From Catajapyx aquilonaris (taxonomy: Eukaryota), in assembly GCA_000934665.2 (NCBI GenBank), contig KZ538961.1:1-38589 (forward strand): a DNA stretch of 38,589 nt, given 5' to 3'. The notes under the pieces were generated by a model. That model made no database searches. It saw only the letters and a list, made by a program, of their open reading frames with translations, and had not been told where the DNA came from. Below are positions 32,501 through 38,589 of this stretch, piece by piece; position 1 is the first letter of the stretch, and the number at the start of each line of letters is the position of its first letter. The position numbers and the translations under genes were made by a program.

Positions 32501-35237
32501 TAGTTTTTCCAGCATAGTGACGCGAGTGACTGGCTCCCTTCCAGCCCTATTCTGATGAATTGAAGGCATTTAGTTCTACGCCACTTCCGCCCTGCCCCGT
32601 ATATAAAAGGGCAATCGCTCAGGCCTGTCTCCCACGCGATCAAGAGATTATCACCTGGTCCCCACTCGCTAATCACTATTCAGATCAATTATACCGCTTA
32701 CGGCACACATGCCTTTACGGAACTTCATAGAGTCGAAGCAGTGCATGGTTTGAACGTACAGAGATACACTGATCTATCTGTTAATAATTAACAGATAGAC
32801 AAGCACCTCAATAATGTAGAAGTAGATATGTCTTTAGAGCAATTCATCCGGTGCTACAAATATGATTACCTAGCAGTCAGCTTTAAGAGAAGCAACAGTC
32901 TGAGACACATTAATTTGTGATTGTTGCTATTATTTGCTTTCTGTGGTAGACAATCCAAATTCACCTAATAACCTCCTCTTGAACTATGAAGACTTGGCAA
33001 TGCGCAGCGCTTTATATTACACATCTAGCTGATGTTCACTTCACATACACCATTTTTGGAATGTGTTAGAAAACCAAGCAAAGGCTCAAAATTTACCGTA
33101 TTCTGGTACAAATGGCACTTGTCCATTGCTTCACCGTCTGGATAATTGGGAAGTGGCGGGAAGGGCGGGAATGTACCCCAAGAGCAGTCACACCACGGAG
33201 GATCCATGTTTCCAGACCCAACTCCATGCCCATACTATTATGCCTACTAGCCTACTGTCCCATTTCTAACCGATCAAATCGATCACAATTATTTTCTCCA
33301 GCCTGCTTATCCGTCCTTTCTCTATCCCCTCCCCCTATTCTCGTCTATTTTTCTCATTCCTCATTTTCTGTAAGATTCCTTGACCTGCTTTCTCACACGT
33401 ACAGTACACCTAACCTAGTGACACATAGGCTACTCTTACGTGTGGGTTCGATAGTGCGTCAACATTATTTCATAGGCCTTATCCTACTACTGCTGCGTAA
33501 TACTTGTTTCTCCGGCAGGGCGGCAGACTGTTCTTGTTTTTATGCAACTGTAATACAAGTATATTGGACTTGTGTAGGTTCATGACGTGAGGGAATGAGA
33601 GACACGAAAACCTGCATTTTTCATTGTCTATTTGCACGAAACAAGGAAGCAGCAAAGTAATATTAAATCAGTTCTTTTCACAAATCTGGCTTCCTTATGG
33701 CATTTGCATTGCATTGTCATATTGTGCTTTGTCACTCAAATATTACAGTAAATTTATTTCTCTTCATTTTCATTTTCAGTGCACACATTCCTATAAGATA
33801 ATCTCATTTACTTGTAACAGGTTGCATTTAACTGTGGCTGAATATTTGCTTTTGCCATATTGGATCCATAATCATTATTATAATGATATTATGCTGTGAT
33901 AGTTGGGGTCGTTTTGATAGTGTTATTAATTCCATCGCCGGGCGTCTTTGTGACCGTTACAAAGTGGCAATTACAAAAAAAACCATTACAAAAACGTTGA
34001 AAATGAAATAAAATTTATGCAATACTCGTGTTAAAAATACAAGTTAGGTGTTTCGTAATGATTCACACAAACTTTACGGGTAACTGATCGGATTATCACT
34101 TTATGTAGGGGCGCCATTAAGTCTCTGGCATTGTTACTAAAATAATGGGCTTCAAACACAATGCATGAAATGTTTTGACAGAGGTGCCTCTGCGTCCCTC
34201 CCCGCTACCTTGCCATCTTAATTTAAAATGTGAGTATTACAATACAATTTTAGTTTAATCTGCTGCCTCATTAGGTGGAACAGGCAGTCGCCGAGGCAAT
34301 GGAAGTTTCGTAGCCTGAATCCGCGTCCTACTTTGACTAATGAGAATTATCTTAGCAAGTAGGTGTTGGTAAACCAAATGACGCCTCTACACAAAGTGAT
34401 CCTATGGTACCAAGAAATTTACCTTAAAAGTTTGTGCAAACCATTATAAACACCATGTAAAGGTTGTGCCAAGGGTTGTGCATAGACTACAGTATGTGTA
34501 TGTGACCGTTCAATAATACTGACTCTTAGATCTTAGATAAAGAGAGTAGGCTACTTCACTATATCTCAAAATTAAAGTCTCCTGAAAAGTTATTTTGAGC
34601 ATCTAAGCTTCCCTACACTTATGTTCAGGTTAAACTCCAGCCAGGGTACTAATATTGGCTCAATACCATTTAAAATGTAGGGGTGAGAAATGTGGAAAAA
34701 CCAGCCGTCAACGAAGTAGACGACGAAATGCATGATCACGGAATGTACTCAGGGGCTAGTACTGTATGTGTACACATTTCAGAATAAGGTGCAAGCCCGC
34801 GTTTGTCTAAGGATCATCGTTGCCGCCGCGCCGTCATTGGCAATTTCCGAATTGACATTTTTCAACCCTACAATACTGTATATTTAGATTTGCATCAGAC
34901 CTATGCTGACTCATCCTGTAAGTTATCATGTTAGCCTGTAGTTAACATAATTGGTATGTCCGGAAAATCAACATAAACTATACCGTTGTTCTTATAGTTC
35001 GGTTTCCCTAGGATTATACCCCCGGACTACCCCCTATAAAGTAGGTTGTCAGTAGATTACATAAAACCGTGTGTATTTTTGACGCGAAACTAATATAATA
35101 ATATTTTTTCTTCTGAACTATCACAGAACACTCACCTTGTTCTTGACATTGACATCGACACCCAACTGCACCATCTTTTCTGCCAGTGGAAGCCTATTCT
35201 CCTTCACGGCGTACATAAGCGGAGTATTCCCTGTCAC
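8352..35237 (-). CDS. nompC: NompC/TRPN1 mechanosensitive TRP channel, multi-exon, 5'-incomplete (17 coding exons, about 1580 aa in window)
   Basis: Exons join in phase through GT..AG sites into a long ankyrin array, then the TRP domain (DFLSFHYLFGPWAIIIG, INLLIAMMSDTYQRIQAQSDIEWKFG) and the tail PLGSQISF..DWPSIARKYRALVG. All are colinear with Drosophila NompC as I recall it. Confidence 0.97.
10541..11028. repeat. Degenerate tandem repeat (about 175-bp unit, two copies plus a fragment)
   Basis: taat(g/a)atttgaaggtgctgatcacgaa...attggctacga.tcctgagaaat.cgcaatagttt at about 10547 and 10836. ccagtaaa.gtccgcttctactg.cga twice. Third start at about 11011. Confidence 0.85.
10654..10759. repeat. 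Palindrome, about 52-bp arms, inside the first tandem unit
   Basis: gtactatatcgctcaaaaagatagagacgatt...caagtgcaa-g-ttgcacttg...aatcgtctctatctttttgggcgatatagtac. Confidence 0.92.
11494..11955. mobile_element. Possible piggyBac-like non-autonomous remnant
   Basis: TTAA-CCCT start and an internal direct repeat gctacgacgtgggg...ggacccca at about 11532 and 11920. No matching right terminus found. Confidence 0.35.
12252..12398 (-). CDS. nompC: nompC penultimate exon: (Q)KSNIFKTEYRLSLRQ...MKWLHKLKSKGQIAPRGGR
   Basis: ttttgcag acceptor and gtaaga donor, 147 nt, phase 1/1. KWLHKLK resembles the recalled fly AKWLSKIK. Confidence 0.8.
12465..14013 (-). CDS. nompC: nompC large exon: last ankyrins, linker, S1-S6, pore and TRP helix
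   Basis: cag acceptor at 14014-14016 and gtaagt donor at 12459-12464, 1549 nt. Hydrophobic TM segments and the IEWKFG TRP box. Confidence 0.95.
14448..14808 (+). mobile_element. tRNA-derived SINE, full length, with 14-bp target-site duplication
   Basis: A-box-like tggcgctgcgg, B-box ggttcgatacc and a (TTA)n/(CTA)n tail. Exact flanking repeat tactaagattttat at 14434-14447 and 14809-14822. Confidence 0.85.
15057..15254 (-). CDS. nompC: nompC exon: GYNPLHLACRGGH...GQGADINAADR
   Basis: cag/gttagt, 198 nt. Confidence 0.95.
15323..15534 (-). CDS. nompC: nompC exon: DTVRELLSSVPATVKSE...GVQVDAPTVLH
   Basis: cag/gtaagt, 212 nt. Confidence 0.95.
15741..15904. mobile_element. pogo/Tigger-like MITE (CAGT termini, TA TSD)
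   Basis: TA-cagtaaaactcctataagtcgaa ... ttcgacttatagaagttttactg-TA (22/23 TIR match), with subterminal taagtcgaa repeats. Confidence 0.9.
15990..16542 (-). CDS. nompC: nompC exon: KKQTPLHLAASEGQLEVC...TPLHVAAFFGQT
   Basis: cag/gtatgg, 553 nt, ends in phase 1. Confidence 0.96.
16690..16930 (+). mobile_element. Possible decayed LINE ORF2 3' end
   Basis: A frame reads RKCYLCGEDEEILMHV, resembling the C-terminal zinc-knuckle of non-LTR ORF2. Stops and frameshifts surround it. Confidence 0.35.
17602..17915. mobile_element. Truncated foldback MITE
   Basis: Imperfect inverted arms 17602-17702 / about 17753-17853 (catgcctgcatcgctggttgc / gcaaccagcgatgcaggcatg). Single terminus gggaacaccctg-TA at 17915, similar to the CAGGGTG ends at 2210/2675. 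Confidence 0.7.
18303..19052. mobile_element. Old non-autonomous TIR element
   Basis: Degenerate TIR: tacatgggtgattctccaaaacttacca versus the reverse complement of tggtaagtatttggagaataaccaacata. Confidence 0.5.
19466..19882 (-). CDS. nompC: nompC exon: TLETSFHYCAREGNN...HNALIDALTL
   Basis: cag/gtaaat, 417 nt. Contains ARVDVFDSEGRSALHLAAE and AFINSKSRVG. Confidence 0.96.
19951..20208 (-). CDS. nompC: nompC exon: AGETPLHLACQSCH...GGDVDLQTRG
   Basis: cag/gtgagt, 258 nt. Confidence 0.95.
20587..20795 (-). CDS. nompC: nompC exon: GGKAQETALHIAARVPGGDKCAQMLLKSG...DPLFHSK
   Basis: ttttaag acceptor and gtacga donor, 209 nt, two ankyrin repeats. The ORF track shows a different frame here. Confidence 0.93.
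20853..20946 (-). CDS. nompC: nompC exon: DNYTALHIAVESGHPVVVETLLGHGALVHIK
   Basis: cag/gtaaca, 94 nt, ends in phase 1. Confidence 0.94.
21314..21609 (-). CDS. nompC: nompC exon: DRTPLHVAAEMGH...KGEKVDAVTN
   Basis: cag/gtaagt, 296 nt. Contains FERTKDGSTLMHIASL and LHMPNKGGARSIH. Confidence 0.96.
21674..21779 (-). CDS. nompC: nompC exon: DEGQTALHLAAAEGDENLIKYFYSIRANANILDSQ
   Basis: cag/gtatgt, 106 nt, ends in phase 1. Confidence 0.94.
22264..22398. mobile_element. 135-bp mini-element with perfect 21-bp inverted ends
   Basis: tagaacgagggggaaatcact ... agtgatttccccctcgttcta, with internal repeats taagtcc and tccgttgtaca. Confidence 0.75.
24115..25043 (+). mobile_element. Internally deleted, decayed mariner transposon
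   Basis: TIRs (t/c)gaggtgctaccca at both ends. Transposase fragments MADVREQRICIEFCFQLNKT (ATG 24315), WLLHHDNAPAH, LAQYDFYLFPKM and WDRCIRAQGDFPEG, with stops and frameshifts. Confidence 0.93.
25237..25368. mobile_element. Short hairpin MITE-like element
   Basis: gtccaacaagaattgtcgcaagcggcagcgcacgaactaca pairs with tgtagttcgtgcgctgccgctgcgacaattcttgttggac. Outer attgtac/gtacaat. Confidence 0.75.
27076..27094. other. Assembly gap
   Basis: 19 N following a poly-G run. Confidence 1.
27257..27346 (-). CDS. nompC: nompC exon: DTALHLAVKKRDMDLVRILVDHGAQVDAQN
   Basis: tag/gtaagt, 90 nt, canonical ankyrin repeat. Not in ORF track. Confidence 0.94.
28409..28522 (-). CDS. nompC: nompC exon: NGNIPLFVALESGNRSACLELLSHAPGDQVRFRSDSTK
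   Basis: cag/gtaagt, 114 nt, preceded by a 76-nt intron. Confidence 0.93.
28599..28715 (-). CDS. nompC: nompC exon: PKQQSPIHMVCTRPTGVATNMLRFLLGAASKECRLQKDG
   Basis: cag/gtatgt, 117 nt. Matches the recalled NompC segment QTAVHLVSSRQTGTATNILRALL. Not in ORF track. Confidence 0.92.
28975..29027. repeat. Perfect palindrome, 26-bp arms, centre AAT-A-ATT
   Basis: agattatgccatatggcgaatagaat-a-attctattcgccatatggcataatct. Confidence 0.97.
29038..29102. repeat. Perfect palindrome, 32-bp arms, centre AAT-A-ATT
   Basis: atttccctatattttccctttcttgaagaaat-a-atttcttcaagaaagggaaaatatagggaaat. Confidence 0.97.
29498..29596 (-). CDS. nompC: nompC exon: ENLAAIHLASLHAREEMIKLLLVKKADVNAIGG
   Basis: cag/gtaagt, 99 nt, ankyrin repeat. 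Confidence 0.93.
32773..32799. repeat. Perfect palindrome, 13-bp arms, centre AAT-A-ATT
   Basis: tctatctgttaat-a-attaacagataga. Confidence 0.9.
35136..35237 (-). CDS. nompC: nompC exon, first in window: VTGNTPLMYAVKENRLPLAEKMVQLGVDVNVKNK
   Basis: cag acceptor and gtgagt donor, 102 nt, phase 0/0. Ankyrin TPLMYA motif. Not in ORF track. Confidence 0.93.
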
Positions 35238-36453
35238 CTGTGAAAGAGGGAGAAAAAAATCACAACAAGTTCACAACATTGCATGAGATTTGCCAATTAG
35301 AGTTGGGACCAGCAATAAGGAGGCATCAGAGGTGAAGGCCATCGACTTCAAAGCATGAGAGGCGGTGCTCTTGCCCCAAATAATACGTGAACTCTGCTTA
35401 CTTCTGATCTGGGTCACTCGATCGGGGTCAATCTCACCTCCTCATTTCAGACTTCATCTTGACCCATTTGTTCGCAATGGGTACACGGTCAAGCAGCAAA
35501 ACAAAAATTATTGCCAGGCCTAAAATGGACTCAGGTTCAGTTTTAGATATTGCGGGACCAATTTGGACGGATTGCATGGCCACTTCAGTTATCAGCATGC
35601 ATTCAGAAAGGCTTGTCCGATAGCCTACTGATAGTACTGTACGAAGATGGTCATCATCAAGATTATGAATATTGTAGGTTAGTAATAAAAGTTGCATTTT
35701 AAAATTTCCAATGTTGTGTAGCACCTGACACCTGCATTTTATATGGTCAATTTCCCAGTATATGCCAGTAAATTCTTATTTTAGGCATTCATTGCACAGT
35801 TTTTCATCTTCTTTGTTATATTAAGCTATTATAGACATTATAATAACGAATACCCACGGAATTTGAACACTTGCTCTTCCTGGATGAATAAGTGATGATA
35901 GAAGTTTTTCTCAGTCAGTTTTCATAGGAAATTAAAATTATAAATTGATTATCTCAAGTAGTATAGGCCTACATGTTGATTTATTGACTCTTCTGAATAC
36001 GAAAATTGGCGAAATATTTGCTGTTCTCAATATTTGTGTAATTAGACACTTGTTATACGTGTTTATGTGCTAAATTGCTGATGAGTTATGCTTAGCAGAA
36101 GGGGAATAGCAGAAGGTTCGGCACAAAATACTAGAATATTCATGGTAATGTTTATCAGTGCAAGACAATAGACACTGCTATTTACATGAGTTTGAGTCAT
36201 GGAATATTGCTTTCCATTTGTTAGTTATATTCATAAATAATTTAGAACGCATAACAGCTATTTTATATTGCATAACATTAAACTATATATCCACTTATAG
36301 ATATATGTTTAAAAATATATAATATGTTATTTAACTAAAAATGGATTTTTATGGCAGCACAGTATATTAACATAGTCATAGGATGTCTCTCGCATGATTT
36401 TATCTAGCTTACACGCAGGAAATCTGTGTTTCAGGTGCTTGAAGTACTTGTAT

Positions 36454-36860
36454 AACAACAACAACAACAACAACAACATCACGACATTTCCCTATGAGGG
36501 GTAGTCAGCGATGAAGGGAGACGCAAGCTAACCCAACATATGAACTATAAAACTCATGATAATAGACCTAAAAACAACCTGTCCCACCCCCCAACCCTGC
36601 CCACCTCAGACATCACCTTATCCTCAAACATATTTACCTATTTACCCATTAATTAACCTACGCCATTTACACCTATCCAAACAAACAACCCTAGCCTCAT
36701 CCACGTCCATGGTCCTATTGACACATGAACGTCTCGGCTTAACACTAGCAACACCCTTAAGACACTGACCCACCTGGTCCAACCATGTCTTCCTAGCCTA
36801 CCCTTGCCCCTCTTACCAACTACTCCTCCCAAATAAACCTTCTTCACAATAAGTTATCTT
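36454..36860 (-). mobile_element. RTE-clade LINE 3' fragment with (GTT)n tail
   Basis: The minus strand reads KKVYLGGVVGKRGKGR.. then DEARVVCLDRCKWRRL, like the GRRGRGRPRKRW..DRxxWR C-terminus of RTE ORF2. It is followed by a 3' UTR and an 8-unit GTT microsatellite tail. Confidence 0.65.
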
Positions 36861-38260
36861 ATTTATGAGCACTATGATAGAAAGAATCCATCCGCGTGGG
36901 ACTTCCACTCAGATCGTGGGTCTGACATGATCCGGGTTAATTTTGTCAATATTTACTTTATTAAGATAGAAAATAATCTCCTGTATACATACTTACACTG
37001 AGCCAAAATGATAATGACATGTAAGCACGGAATGGAGATTAAACTAGACATCCCCAAGTGATGGCTTAAGTTCAATTTTCTCACCCGGTATGTGGTGTTA
37101 CATGCTAGAATAATTTTATTCTTATTAGTAGAAACAAACCGAATAAGTACAGGCAGAACAGAAATATACAGTATTACAGTAAAACCTGTCTATGCCGGAC
37201 TCTCATAGTTAAAAATGTCCAATATAGGGAGGTGTCCAACATATCAGAGTTTTCAACTTTTATCTTACATTACACTGTACAGTAATGTACAGTGTAATAC
37301 AAAGCAAGTAATATTGCAAAAACACCTAAGAGCATCGAAAAAGCCACAATAAGGCATTGATGACAATCATGCAAAAAATGTTCTTCCATACAAGACTTGA
37401 AAATTGTACTGTCCACACTGCCCTACACATGACACTTCTTTTCAAGTACGAAACATGTACAAAAACTCAAAAAGGAACGAGAATTTACTGAGGTGGTTAC
37501 AAGGCAGCTGTGCAATGCCAATGCCCAAGAAGTGGCCAAGTTGGCCTAAACCTCCCGCCCCTTCTCCCATGAACTGGGGATTTGGACAGTGCACCCCCCA
37601 CCCCCTATGGATATTCCCTTATCGTCATTTCGGAAGAACTCCATCAGCAGATATGCAAAATAAGTGAATGAATCATCTAGATCTCAACAGAATGAGCACT
37701 CAAAAATTTTACAGTGCAATGCATATTAGAGCGTCATATGTTTCGCATAATAGTACGTAGCCTACTGTATACTATTATGCTAAAAAGACTATCGTGCTCA
37801 GGATCAATAAGTATAGTTCCTCTTTAGACCTCTTTGGACCGACTCATGATGGGCCGTTTTCATTTTTTGGGGGCTGGATAGTATTATACAGTATTGGAGT
37901 TATTACATAATTTACTACCAGGTCCAGTACTACAGGAACAATTTTAAAGCAACAATAACTGACGTGTCGCTTGTATTGTGGTCCCATAATAAATTATTGC
38001 ATCTGCATAACAATATAGGGTCGTCCATAAAGTACCGGTATGTCAGGCTGATATTTCGCTTTTTGACCCCAGTCACCACCCCCTGCACTCCTGCAGTCAC
38101 GCAGAGATACACTCCACCTCCAAAATTGTCCGCCACAATGATGTGTAGCTCACTACCCGCAATACTCGGCTTTCTGCCACAAAATACAGTTTAATAGTTT
38201 ATAATGGGGGATGCGAAGCAACCATAAGACAACAGTCATTAGATATATTTCTGGACTATA

Positions 38261-38589
38261 CAAGGTGTACTATTTACCTGGCTCGGAAATGATTTACACT
38301 CTTTCTTTTTCCCGCTGAAGAAGTGGTCCTAGAAGTTCCATTATTCACCACTAGATGGAACGAGTCTTCCTGAGGGCGCCAGAGAAAATTTGACCCCATT
38401 CGTGTCAGTTGCCTCGTCGCAGTGCCCACCGAAAGTAGTGCCCGTAGCTCTCGTCATGGACAACGTTGCAGGAGACTACCACGGGCAGAGGGGGACCACA
38501 TGGTTTTTGTGGACGGAAGGAGTGGCAGCGACAGATATTCACAGGCGTTTAGCGAGCGTGTGTGGTGAGCTGGCCCCCTGTCGCAAGAC
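38261..38589 (+). mobile_element. Mariner transposon left end and transposase N-terminus (runs off the window)
   Basis: TA-caaggtg terminus. ATG at 38456 opens MDNVAGDYHGQRGTTWFLWTEGVAATDIHRRLASVCGELAPCRK, resembling the mariner HTH (QR..I.FLW.EG....IHRRL..VYG). Open to the window edge. Confidence 0.8.

Noticed and set aside
32581..32700. TATATAAAAG with a GC-box-like ccgccc upstream, possible solo LTR or antisense promoter
   Set aside because: No clear TG..CA boundaries, TSD or poly(A) signal found.
35434..35724. 96-aa minus-strand ORF with a gtgag donor-like end, candidate upstream nompC exon
   Set aside because: Resemblance to the NompC N-terminus is limited to scattered residues, and the donor phase (2) does not fit the phase-0 acceptor at 35237.

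Overview
Eukaryotic, arthropod-type genomic DNA (AT-rich, GT-AG introns, one 19-nt N gap at 27076-27094). Most of the window is a minus-strand nompC/TRPN1 mechanotransduction channel gene. I traced 17 phase-consistent coding exons from 35237 to the stop at 8352 (4743 nt, 1580 aa plus stop), covering the ankyrin array, the TRP membrane domain and the conserved C-terminal tail. The first exon(s) were not found and probably lie beyond the right edge. About 1.1 kb downstream on the same strand is an intronless 652-aa divergent ionotropic receptor (IR) gene with its own TATA/Inr core promoter. Introns and flanks are dense with repeats: a nested Tc1/mariner-type foldback MITE complex, several small MITEs, two mariner copies, a tRNA-derived SINE with a 14-bp TSD, LINE 3' fragments and many near-perfect palindromes. 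Three palindromes with unrelated arms share an AAT-A-ATT centre. I found no prokaryotic-type system and cannot show a wholly new system. The most novel-looking signals are the shared-centre palindromes, the tight nompC-IR coupling and the in-frame splice options in the NompC tail. Homology calls rest on recalled family sequences, not on a database search.
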